Shown here: positions 9,139-18,021 of the stretch, piece after piece
Position numbering within the stretch: position 1 is the first letter of the stretch
How the letters are laid out: every line of letters starts with the position of its first letter
NCBI GenBank assembly: GCA_905478165.1
Contig: CAJQHK010000001.1
Coordinates: forward strand, 2,754-66,753
Length of the DNA: 64,000 nucleotides
DNA from: an uncultured Rickettsiales bacterium
Lineage (GTDB): Bacteria; Pseudomonadota; Alphaproteobacteria; Rickettsiales; UBA1997
Reading direction: 5' to 3'
Notes under the pieces: generated by a model
Databases searched by the model: none
What the model saw: only the letters and a program-made list of their open reading frames with translations
What the model was told of the DNA's origin: nothing
Program-made: the position numbers and the translations under genes

Positions 9139-11946
9139 GTGCCGCATTTATATAAATTAATTTTTGATAAAAATCACTACATCTCGTTAAAGCCTTTTAT
9201 ATCCTTTGCTATTAAAGTCATTTTTCTTCTTTTTCTTCTTTTTGTTATTTCTGCATCTTATTTTATCTTACTAATCAGTGTCGAACAAAAATCCTTTCCC
9301 TTCCTAGTAAATAAAATAGAATCGAAGATTAAAAACTATATTGATAAAAATGACAATATTATCATAGAAAATATTAGGGTTGAGCAGGATAATTTTAATA
9401 TTATTGCATATATTGACAATGTTAAGTTTAATCATTCTAAATTATTTCTTGAAGTAGCTGAGGCAAAAGTTTCATTTTCCATTTTTGACTTAATATTATT
9501 CCAAACCTCAATCAAAAACCTTGATATCAAGACTATAAACATAAAATATCATTCTTATTTACCAGAAAGAGTAAATGATGATGGGGATGCAATTAAACTA
9601 CATGATATTTTACCTAACTTACTTGATTACGACGTAGAGGAGGCGAATATACACGCGTTAAATGTAACTTTTTTAAAAAAGGATCAAAATAATAGGGACT
9701 TTCAAATTAACGATATTAATCTGAGTATTAAGAATAATAAACTCAAATTATCATCTAAAATTAATTTCGAGGATTATAAGGTTAATCTTAAAAGCCGATG
9801 TTATATTCAAAATAAAAATTCTATTTGCAACGCACTATCTTCCGAAATTAACCCTGAAATAATTTCTAAATTTTATCCTAAATTTTCTAAAATATCTGGC
9901 ATAAAAACTAAAATATCTAGTAATATTACCATTAAATCAAATAATAAGGAGGATGATATTTCTTTCATTCTTTACAGTGATAAGGGCGAAATAAATAATA
10001 AAAATATTTTCCAAGACAAGGTTACTTTTACCGACCTAACTCTTCATGGTGACTATAAATTTAATACAAAATCATTAAATGTTACAGATTTTTCTCTTAA
10101 TTTCATGAATGATATTGAATTTCGTGGCAATATAGAAATTGATAATATTTTAAAACCCAAATTCAATATAAATTTATTTTTAAATAATTTAACAAGAGAG
10201 GATTCGCCTAAATTGTGGCCCGTAATAATTCCAAAAGATGATAATATTAAAAAATTACTCCTCAGACATATAAAATCTTTTTACATAAGTGATTCTCATA
10301 TATTAATGAAGTTTAGTGAAGGAAGGCTTCTTGATATTGATGCTAAATTCAATTTTACAGACGCATCCATCCTCTATGATAGAAGATTTCCAGCGATATA
10401 TGATGTATCTGGAAAAGCCTATTTTAACAAAAAGTCAATGAGAATAAACATTGACAAGGGTAGCCTATTGAAGAGTAAAATTAAAAATGCTGAAATTATT
10501 ATCAAAAACTTCCATAAAGAAAATACGCCCCTAGAAATTAGAGGAAAAGTTACAGGAAGGGCTGAAGATTTAATAAAGCACGTTAACTACAAATCCTACT
10601 TTTCAAAAAATATAGGGAATTATATTAATGGATCCGCCATCAGTTACTTTGATTTGCTAATACCAATTAAAAAAAAATTACAGTTACGAGATATTTATTT
10701 ACAAATTTATTCAGCAATTATGAATATTAACAATAGTTATATTGGTAAAAGTTCTAATTTACGTGTAAACCTTACTAAAAATGTAAACGATAATATATTT
10801 CGAACTCATATTGACCTAACAAAATCTCAGATTGATTTTAAGCCACTATCCATATCTAAACAAAAAAATATTAATTCTACCCTATCACTAAATATTAGTC
10901 CTGAAGGAAACTTACTGACATTTAGTGACATAAAATTTAAATTACAAAACCAAAATTTACTAACTGGATTTTTCTTAATCAACCTAGATAACAAAAATAT
11001 TCAAAACATAAAACTAACCCACCCAGATTTTTCTTTATTATATGACTCAAACCACGAAAAATCTTATCGTAAATTAGATTTAAAAGGCAAAAAACTTGAT
11101 CTAAATAAATTAAAATCAATTTTGCAATCCGGCCAAGGCGATAGTAAAAAATATAAAATTAATGACATAGAAATTATTTTAGATCAATTAATTTTGGCAA
11201 ATAATATAGAGTTGCACGATATTGATGTCAGTATTAAATGTCATGGATCGGTATGTATTAATAGCTTTATTGAAGCAAAGAAAGGTGGTAAGGAAATTGT
11301 TAATATCGATTTTCATCCCTATCCAATAAAAAAAACAACAATAATTAATGGCAAAATATCAGATATATCATCTATAATGAAGGGTGTTAATATTTATGAC
11401 AAAATAACAGATGGAGACCTAGTAATTAGAGCTAAAATTTTTACAAAGGATAATGATGCTATTATATCTGGAGAAGCATATAATAAGAAGGCATATAAAA
11501 TATTGAAGGGTGAGTTGGTGCAAAAAATATCAGAAGACGGATCTTTCTCTAGAATAAATGATCAATTAATCTTAGCAGATCAGATAAAATTTGAAAAAAT
11601 GCACTCTAAATTTAACATTAAGAATAATATTTTAGAAATAGAAAAATTTATTATTAGTAATAATTATCTAGGCGTTACTGCCAAGGGACATATTGACATA
11701 AATAACAACAAGATAGATATAAAAGGCTTGGTTGTTCCAGGATATTTAATTAACGGGTTGTTTGGCATAGGGGAATTACCTATTATTAAATATATTTTTC
11801 CTATTTTGGTCGGAGAAGAGGGTGGTGGCATATTTGCCGGAAGGTATCGGTTAGAAAAAAATCCAGATATTGATAATAAACTTAGATTTAAATTAAATAA
11901 AAGTTCTGTATTTGCTCCCGGCGCAATTCGTAACTTCTTGGATTAG
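9139..11946 (+). CDS. large envelope protein, AsmA/YhdP-like (assignment by eye)
   Basis: 935 aa with a GTG start and a single N-terminal TM helix (VIFLLFLLFVISASYFILLI). A long Asn/Lys/Ile-rich region follows. The C-terminal block GLVVPGYLINGLFGIGELP...GGGIFAGRYRL resembles AsmA-family C-termini. Confidence 0.5.
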   Translation: MPHLYKLIFDKNHYISLKPFISFAIKVIFLLFLLFVISASYFILLISVEQKSFPFLVNKIESKIKNYIDKNDNIIIENIRVEQDNFNIIAYIDNVKFNHSKLFLEVAEAKVSFSIFDLILFQTSIKNLDIKTINIKYHSYLPERVNDDGDAIKLHDILPNLLDYDVEEANIHALNVTFLKKDQNNRDFQINDINLSIKNNKLKLSSKINFEDYKVNLKSRCYIQNKNSICNALSSEINPEIISKFYPKFSKISGIKTKISSNITIKSNNKEDDISFILYSDKGEINNKNIFQDKVTFTDLTLHGDYKFNTKSLNVTDFSLNFMNDIEFRGNIEIDNILKPKFNINLFLNNLTREDSPKLWPVIIPKDDNIKKLLLRHIKSFYISDSHILMKFSEGRLLDIDAKFNFTDASILYDRRFPAIYDVSGKAYFNKKSMRINIDKGSLLKSKIKNAEIIIKNFHKENTPLEIRGKVTGRAEDLIKHVNYKSYFSKNIGNYINGSAISYFDLLIPIKKKLQLRDIYLQIYSAIMNINNSYIGKSSNLRVNLTKNVNDNIFRTHIDLTKSQIDFKPLSISKQKNINSTLSLNISPEGNLLTFSDIKFKLQNQNLLTGFFLINLDNKNIQNIKLTHPDFSLLYDSNHEKSYRKLDLKGKKLDLNKLKSILQSGQGDSKKYKINDIEIILDQLILANNIELHDIDVSIKCHGSVCINSFIEAKKGGKEIVNIDFHPYPIKKTTIINGKISDISSIMKGVNIYDKITDGDLVIRAKIFTKDNDAIISGEAYNKKAYKILKGELVQKISEDGSFSRINDQLILADQIKFEKMHSKFNIKNNILEIEKFIISNNYLGVTAKGHIDINNNKIDIKGLVVPGYLINGLFGIGELPIIKYIFPILVGEEGGGIFAGRYRLEKNPDIDNKLRFKLNKSSVFAPGAIRNFLD

Positions 11947-12262
11947 CAACAACTACCAAATTTAATTATATAAAATTGAGCAAAAATATTTTTTTCTTAA
12001 ACTAGCTGTATCACGATCTAATGACCTAAATTAACTTTCTTCTGCCTTTTTTAGAATAATATTTGTAAAGTATAATTGACTATTATACCAAATCCCATCT
12101 AAAATACTAGATAAGATAACAAAAAATTTAACTTTATCTTTTTTGTTAAAATAGACAAAAAGACTTGTAAAATATATTTATATTCCGGTCATTTTTTATC
12201 TATAATTTTTCTCAAAAATCTTTTGTTAAATGATTAATTATGCAAAATCAGATACAATAAAA

Positions 12263-12940
12263 ATGAAAACAGCAATAATAATTTTTCCAGGCTCAAACTG
12301 TGACAAGGACGGTTTAGATGGTCTTAATAAAATTAGTAATAATATACAACAAATTTGGCATAAAGAGACTAAATTAGATGATAATTTAGATCTAATTTTA
12401 ATTCCTGGAGGCTTTTCTTACGGAGACTACTTAAGAAGTGGTGGTATTGCGGCTAACTCTAATATCATGCCCGAAATTATTCGCCTAGCAAACAAAGGAG
12501 TCAAAGTAATTGGCATTTGTAATGGCTTCCAGATTCTAACTGAAGCAGGATTATTAGATGGTGCTTTAATGAAGAATGTGGGGGCAAAGTTTATTTGTCA
12601 AAATACTTATTTATCTTGTCAAAATCAAAAAACCAACTTTACTAACAAGATTAATAAAATTATTCAGATTCCAATTGCGCATATGGATGGCAACTATTAC
12701 TGCTCTGATGATGTTTTAAAAAATCTTGAAGATAACAATCAAATTGCTTTTAAATATTGCAATAAAAATGGAGAGACTAAGAATGAATTCAATCCTAACG
12801 GCTCGAAAGAAAATATTGCCGGTATTTTTAATAAAAATAAAAATATTTTAGGTATGATGCCGCATCCTGAAAGGGCAATAGATAAAGATATTAATGGTAT
12901 TGATGGTATGCTATTGTTCAATTCCTTATTAAATAAATGA
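12263..12940 (+). CDS. purQ: phosphoribosylformylglycinamidine synthase, glutaminase subunit
   Basis: Class I GATase motifs: FPGSNCD, nucleophile elbow GICNGFQ and C-terminal MPHPER. The start is moved from the track ATG at 12230 to ATG 12263 (MKTAIIIFPGSNCD). Confidence 0.85.
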   Translation: MKTAIIIFPGSNCDKDGLDGLNKISNNIQQIWHKETKLDDNLDLILIPGGFSYGDYLRSGGIAANSNIMPEIIRLANKGVKVIGICNGFQILTEAGLLDGALMKNVGAKFICQNTYLSCQNQKTNFTNKINKIIQIPIAHMDGNYYCSDDVLKNLEDNNQIAFKYCNKNGETKNEFNPNGSKENIAGIFNKNKNILGMMPHPERAIDKDINGIDGMLLFNSLLNK

Positions 12941-14568
12941 TGAATAACAAAACAAAATTTATTTTTATTACTGGTGGCGTTGTATCATCTCTTGGAAAGG
13001 GGTTAGCATCCGCTTCTATTGCCGCACTTTTGCAATCTCGTGGTTATAAGGTGCGTCTTAGAAAATTAGATCCATACTTAAATATTGATCCGGGTACAAT
13101 GAGTCCGACTCAGCATGGCGAGGTCTTTGTTACTGAAGATGGAGCTGAAACCGACCTAGATTTGGGTCATTATGAAAGATTCACCGGAGTTAATGCTAAG
13201 AAATCAGACAATGTTACTGCTGGACAAATTTATCAAAAATTACTAAATAGAGAAAGAAAAGGAGATTACCTTGGAAGAACAGTTCAAGTTATCCCCCATG
13301 TTACTGATCTAATTAAAGAGTTTATCTTAAATGATCTTGACGATATTGATTTCGGATTATTCGAGATTGGTGGCACCGTTGGAGATATTGAGGCTTTACC
13401 ATTTTTTGAAGCTATTAGGCAAATTGGTTTTGAATATGGTAACTCTAGATGCGCCTTTGTACATTTAACCTTATTGCCATATATTGAGTGCGCTCATGAG
13501 TTAAAAACCAAGCCAACTCAACATTCTGTTAAAGAACTTAGATCAATAGGTATTAATCCTAGCATCTTATTATGTCGAGCTGAAAGACCTGTTGATGAGT
13601 CCATAATTGATAAAATAGCCAAAATGTGCTCCGTCAATAAAGACTACGTCCTGTTGGCACCGAACGTTGACAACATCTACAAAGTACCAATGATTTACCA
13701 TGATCAGGGTTTGGATGGAAAAATTTTAAAATATTTTAATCTAGACTCCAAGGAGCCGAATTTAAAAAAATGGCGAGATATTTTTTCTTCGATTGACAAT
13801 AAGGAGGGGCAGGCAATTATTGCAATTGCAGGTAAATATACTGAATATAGTGATTCTTATAAATCTTTGTTGGAGGCGATTGACCACGCCTCAATTTACC
13901 ACAAAATTAAGATTAAAATTAAATGGGTTAATATTAGGAATTCTAATAAAAATAAATTAAAAGATTTAGAAAATATTGATGCAATTTTGGTTCCTGGTGG
14001 TTTCGGTGATGATGGGATGGAGGGCAAGATTGCCATAGTTAACTACGCTAGGAAAAATAAAATCCCTTATTTAGGAATTTGTCTTGGTATGCAAATGGCT
14101 TTATTAGAATTTGCCAGAAACAAAGCTGGAATTAGCAACGCCGTATCTAGTGAAAGTGAATCATCTGATGGCACTAAACTAATTTCCATGATGCATGAGT
14201 GGGAAAAGGGTGGTAAAAAGCAAGAACAAGGGGCGGATCTTGGTGGCACCATGCGTCTCGGCTCATACCCCTGCAATATACATAAGGACACATTAGCCTA
14301 TGAAATTTATGCCGAAGAAAGAATTTCTGAAAGACATCGTCACCGCTATGAGGTAAACATTAATTACAAAAAGGACTTAGAAGATGTTGGACTGATATTT
14401 TCTGGAATGTCACCCGATGGTAAGCTTGCTGAAATTATTGAACTTAAAGATCATCCATTTTTTATCGGCGTCCAATTCCATCCAGAGTTAAAATCTAAGC
14501 CATTCTTACCTCACCCGATTTTCTTAAAATTTATCAAAGCTGCTAAAAATTACAAATCTAAGCAGTAG
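12937..14568 (+). CDS. pyrG: CTP synthase
   Basis: 543 aa with FITGGVVSSLGKG, a C-terminal GATase domain (GICLGMQ) and HRHRYEVN. It overlaps the purQ stop by 4 nt. Confidence 0.95.
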   Translation: MMNNKTKFIFITGGVVSSLGKGLASASIAALLQSRGYKVRLRKLDPYLNIDPGTMSPTQHGEVFVTEDGAETDLDLGHYERFTGVNAKKSDNVTAGQIYQKLLNRERKGDYLGRTVQVIPHVTDLIKEFILNDLDDIDFGLFEIGGTVGDIEALPFFEAIRQIGFEYGNSRCAFVHLTLLPYIECAHELKTKPTQHSVKELRSIGINPSILLCRAERPVDESIIDKIAKMCSVNKDYVLLAPNVDNIYKVPMIYHDQGLDGKILKYFNLDSKEPNLKKWRDIFSSIDNKEGQAIIAIAGKYTEYSDSYKSLLEAIDHASIYHKIKIKIKWVNIRNSNKNKLKDLENIDAILVPGGFGDDGMEGKIAIVNYARKNKIPYLGICLGMQMALLEFARNKAGISNAVSSESESSDGTKLISMMHEWEKGGKKQEQGADLGGTMRLGSYPCNIHKDTLAYEIYAEERISERHRHRYEVNINYKKDLEDVGLIFSGMSPDGKLAEIIELKDHPFFIGVQFHPELKSKPFLPHPIFLKFIKAAKNYKSKQ

Positions 14569-14622
14569 AAAAAATTATTATAATTGCTATAATACCGGTT
14601 ACCAGATTTGCACTATACATAT

Positions 14623-14794
14623 AACCCCCACCAAAATCAAAGATTTTGACTCCCCCTTAGGGGGAGTTGATAATGTGCCGAGACTTACTTTCGACTTAAC
14701 TCCCCCTTAGGGGGGGGTTGATAATGTGCCGAGACTTACTTTCGACTTAACTCCCCCTAAGGGGGAGTCAAAATCTTTGATTTTGGTGGGGGTT
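14623..14794. repeat. modular nested palindrome (perfect 44-nt inverted arms enclosing two 33-nt direct units and three G/C hairpins)
   Basis: 14623-14666 is the exact reverse complement of 14751-14794. The unit ttgataatgtgccgagacttactttcgacttaa occurs at 14667-14699 and 14718-14750. The hairpin ctccccc-tta-gggggag occurs at 14650-14666, 14700-14717 and 14751-14767. Confidence 0.9.
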
Positions 14795-14865
14795 GCGTCA
14801 AGTTTAGTATAATAAAAGATTGATTTTTTCTCAAATAGAAAATATCATTAATTCTTCAAAAATTA

Positions 14866-14941
14866 GGGGTTGTAGCTCAGCGGTTAGAGCAGGATGCTCA
14901 TAACGTCTTGGTCGTAGGTTCGATTCCTACCAGCCCCACCA
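14866..14941 (+). tRNA. tRNA with CAU anticodon (elongator tRNA-Met, or tRNA-Ile2 if lysidine-modified)
   Basis: 76-nt cloverleaf. Acceptor stem is GGGGTTG/CAGCCCC, and the D arm is GCTC-AGCGGTTA-GAGC. Anticodon arm is GGATG-CTCATAA-CGTCT, T arm is GTAGG-TTCGATT-CCTAC, and CCA is encoded. A G1:C72 pair and the lack of a GGG/CCC anticodon stem argue against an initiator. Confidence 0.9.
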
Positions 14942-14956
14942 CTGAATTAAAAAACT

Positions 14957-15982
14957 CTATTCGATTGATGGCAGAACATTTTCTGCAATCTTTCCGAACT
15001 CCATAGCAATTTCTGACGATTTATCCTTATAACAAATAGGAATTCTATCATCATTTGACTGATTAATCTCTTGATTAATGGCGATTTCACCTAAAAAATC
15101 AATTCCACGCTCTATAGCCAATTGTTTTATGCGGTTTTTACCAAAAATATATTTCTTTTGGCCCCTCACCTCTTCCAAGTAAGACATATTTTCTATAATA
15201 CCAGATATTTTAATATTAAGCTTTTCATACATATCTATTGATTTCACTAAATCAATAACAGCAATTTGAGAAGGGGTAGACACCAAAACTACCGAATCAA
15301 TTGAAAATTTTTGCATCATGGTTAAGTGAACGTCACCGGTTCCAGGTGGCAAGTCAACAACCATAAGATCGACACCTTCCCAACGAGTTCCGTTTATCAT
15401 TTGATCTAAAGTTTTAGTAATCATCGCACCCCTCCATATTGCAGCCGATTCTTTTTCAAACAAAGACCCCATTGAAATAATTTTAATACCATAATTTTCT
15501 AAAGGAATTATTTTTCCATCTTTAAAATCTGGCTTTTCATTGAGATTCATAAGGTAAGCAATAGATGGCCCATAAATATCCGCGTCCACTAAGGCAACCT
15601 TAAATCCTATTCTGCTAAAACTAATTGCCAAATTTGTAGCGATCGTTGACTTTCCAACTCCACCCTTAGCAGAAGAGATCGCGATAATCTTTTTTACCCC
15701 AAAAACCTTACCAACTTCTTTTGTTGATTGTAGTTTTTTATCAGAAGTTAAAAAAATTAATATTTTTAAAGGAATTTTATCTTTAATTCCAGAAATTATG
15801 GTTTTCTCCAATTCTTTTGCCGCTTCTTTAGTAAGATCGTGACCTGATATATCAAGAAAAACTGATATATTATCTTTTTTGATTAATATTTTTGGATTAA
15901 AAGCAAATGATTGCAGCTTTTTATCTAAAAAAATTATTTGATTAAATATTGCCAAAACGGCTTTTTCCTTAAAAAATTTCAT
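14957..15982 (-). CDS. Mrp/ApbC (NBP35) iron-sulfur cluster carrier ATPase
   Basis: Deviant Walker A SAKGGVGKST, DADIYGPS and DLPPGTGD. The ORF-track start at 16027 is trimmed to MKFFKEK because the first 15 codons are supplied by the terminus of repeat copy A. Confidence 0.85.
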   Translation of the reverse strand: MKFFKEKAVLAIFNQIIFLDKKLQSFAFNPKILIKKDNISVFLDISGHDLTKEAAKELEKTIISGIKDKIPLKILIFLTSDKKLQSTKEVGKVFGVKKIIAISSAKGGVGKSTIATNLAISFSRIGFKVALVDADIYGPSIAYLMNLNEKPDFKDGKIIPLENYGIKIISMGSLFEKESAAIWRGAMITKTLDQMINGTRWEGVDLMVVDLPPGTGDVHLTMMQKFSIDSVVLVSTPSQIAVIDLVKSIDMYEKLNIKISGIIENMSYLEEVRGQKKYIFGKNRIKQLAIERGIDFLGEIAINQEINQSNDDRIPICYKDKSSEIAMEFGKIAENVLPSIE

Positions 15983-16013
15983 AATTTTGTTAAAAAATAT
16001 TGAAAATACTGCC

Positions 16014-16152
16014 ACACCAATTCCCATTTATAATGCGCAATACAGCAAAATATTTTAAGGTTAAAATTGTCAAAACACAACTACCCTACAACCTTAGAGC
16101 GCAAGGCTTTTTGGTAATTAGAAGTTTAAAAGATAAAGGTGGATTTTGGTAT
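16014..16152 (+). repeat. palindromic TIR-bounded dispersed repeat, copy A
   Basis: Aligns over most of its length with 56637-56807 and, in reverse complement, with 32669-32840, 18241-18412 and 57018-57129. The 31-mer at 16045-16075 is identical to the reverse complement of 32779-32809. Its termini acaccaattccc and ggattttggtat are mutually inverted. Confidence 0.85.
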
Positions 16153-16261
16153 TATTTATTGCTAAAATATTTGTAATACAAAATAAATTGTAAATCTATG
16201 CTTGTGATGACTCAAAATCTAGTATTTTTTGAATTGTTACTAAGTTATATAATAATAAATT

Positions 16262-16567
16262 ATGTCAAATGATAGTGATAAAGTTTCAGTAGATCCATTA
16301 TTTTTGGGTCTCACAAGACCTCCGATGATACTAGGTGTCAGCTATAAATTGGCCGCCCTTAACATGCTCAGTTCTCTTTTAACATTTATTACTACTAGTG
16401 ATTTTTTCTACCTTTTAATTTTAATGCCCAGCTTACATGGTATATTTTATATTTTATGCCTAAAGGAGCCAAGAGCAATAGAATTGTTGATAACAAAAAA
16501 TTCTAAATGTAGTATTTGTAGAAATAGATCTAACTACAACGGAACTAATTCTTACGATTTATATTAA
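16262..16567 (+). CDS. VirB3/TrbD-like type IV secretion protein (orphan)
   Basis: 101 aa. DPLFLGLTRPPMILGVSY is followed by two hydrophobic helices, the conserved VirB3 pattern. No other T4SS gene is adjacent. Confidence 0.65.
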   Translation: MSNDSDKVSVDPLFLGLTRPPMILGVSYKLAALNMLSSLLTFITTSDFFYLLILMPSLHGIFYILCLKEPRAIELLITKNSKCSICRNRSNYNGTNSYDLY

Positions 16568-16597
16568 GTAATTATAACAAGATTAAATTTAATTAAA

Positions 16598-17134
16598 ATG
16601 AACATATCTAAAGTATCCTTTGGTAGCAAAGCTCCAGAAATTGTTAATGTCGTAATTGAAGTACCAATGAACTCTAATCCAGTTAAATATGAATTAGATA
16701 AGGATTCTGGAGCCTTGTTTGTTGACAGGTTTTTAGCAACACCAATGTATTACCCTTGTAATTACGGATTTATACCAAACACATTATCGGATGATGGAGA
16801 TCCAATTGATGTTTTAGTTGTTTCAGAGTTACCTTTAATGCCAACTTCAGTTATTAAAGTAAAGCCAATAGGGGTTTTGATCATGGAAGATGAAAAGGGT
16901 ATGGATGAAAAAATTCTTGCCGTTCCTTCTATAAAAACTAATTCTGAATATGAAAACATTTCTGACTATACAGAACTTAATAAGTCTTTATTAGATAAGG
17001 TTTCTCACTTTTTTGAAAGATATAAGGATTTAGAAAAAAATAAATGGGTTAAAGTGAAAGGCTTCGAAGGAGCCGCAAAAGCCAAGGAATTAATCAAAGA
17101 AGCGATTGATAGGGAGTCAAAAAACTCCAAATAA
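16598..17134 (+). CDS. ppa: inorganic pyrophosphatase
   Basis: 178 aa family I PPase pattern (VKYELDKDSGALFVDRF, YPCNYGFIPNTLSDDGDPIDVLV). Confidence 0.92.
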   Translation: MNISKVSFGSKAPEIVNVVIEVPMNSNPVKYELDKDSGALFVDRFLATPMYYPCNYGFIPNTLSDDGDPIDVLVVSELPLMPTSVIKVKPIGVLIMEDEKGMDEKILAVPSIKTNSEYENISDYTELNKSLLDKVSHFFERYKDLEKNKWVKVKGFEGAAKAKELIKEAIDRESKNSK

Positions 17135-18021
17135 TGCAACAAAGAACATCTTTAATAGCGTTAATTGGACCCCCAAACGCCGGCAAGTCAAGCCTAACAA
17201 ATGAAATTTTAGGTCAAAAAATTTCCATTACTTCTAACAAGGTTCAGACCACTAGAAACATTATTAAAGCTATTATAACCGAAGGAGATACTCAGATGGT
17301 TCTTTTTGATACTCCGGGGTTGTTCATACCAAAAAAGGACAGACCACTTGAAAGATATATCGTTAAAAATGCTTGGCAGGTAATTCGTCAAATCGATGAA
17401 GTTTTTTTATTGATTGATGGTGGTCAGTTAGCTAAAGGAATTAAAAATATTAAAAATATCATCTCAGATCTAAAAAAGCACGAGATTGTACCAAAAATTA
17501 TCATCAATAAGATAGATTTAATAGATAATGATATTAAAGAAGTTACTGATGAAGTTCTGGAGTTGGGAGTTGAAAAGATCTTTTTTACTTCAGCAAAGAA
17601 TGGCACCGGAGTTGCTGAGTTAAAAAAATATTTCCTAAGCTTATCAATAATTAGAGATTGGCCATTTCCAAAGGATGATATATCTGATGTTTCAATGAAA
17701 TTTTTAGCATCTGAAGTTACTAGGGAAAAATTATTTTTAAAATTAAAGGAGGATCTACCCTATGCAATAGACGTAACTACTGAAAGCTGGGAAGAGAGGG
17801 CGGAAGATATTAAGATTCATCAAGTGATATATGTACTAAAAGATAGTCAGAAAAAAATTATCATCGGCAAAGATGGTGGCTTTTTGAAAAAAATAGGATC
17901 CTCTTCAAGATTAGAATTAAGTAAAATGTGTGGTAAAAAAATTCACTTGTTTTTGTTTGTAAAAGTGAAGGCGGGTTGGATGCATGATCAGGAAAGCCAC
18001 CTTCCTTCAAATTATTTTTAG
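17134..18021 (+). CDS. era: GTPase Era
   Basis: 295 aa with G1 GPPNAGKSS, G3 DTPG and G4 NKID, plus a C-terminal KH domain. It overlaps the ppa stop by 1 nt (TAATG). Confidence 0.92.
   Translation: MQQRTSLIALIGPPNAGKSSLTNEILGQKISITSNKVQTTRNIIKAIITEGDTQMVLFDTPGLFIPKKDRPLERYIVKNAWQVIRQIDEVFLLIDGGQLAKGIKNIKNIISDLKKHEIVPKIIINKIDLIDNDIKEVTDEVLELGVEKIFFTSAKNGTGVAELKKYFLSLSIIRDWPFPKDDISDVSMKFLASEVTREKLFLKLKEDLPYAIDVTTESWEERAEDIKIHQVIYVLKDSQKKIIIGKDGGFLKKIGSSSRLELSKMCGKKIHLFLFVKVKAGWMHDQESHLPSNYF

Noticed and set aside
14667-14750. Direct repeats separated by a palindromic hairpin, considered as a mini CRISPR array.
   Set aside because: There are only two units and no unique spacers. The units are flanked by perfect inverted arms, and no cas genes are nearby. 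The structure is a palindromic mosaic, not a CRISPR array.
15983-16027. N-terminal extension MGIGVAVFSIFFNKI on the Mrp/ApbC ORF.
   Set aside because: The ATG and first codons are the inverted terminus of repeat copy A (atgggaattggtgt). The conserved Mrp sequence begins at the next Met.
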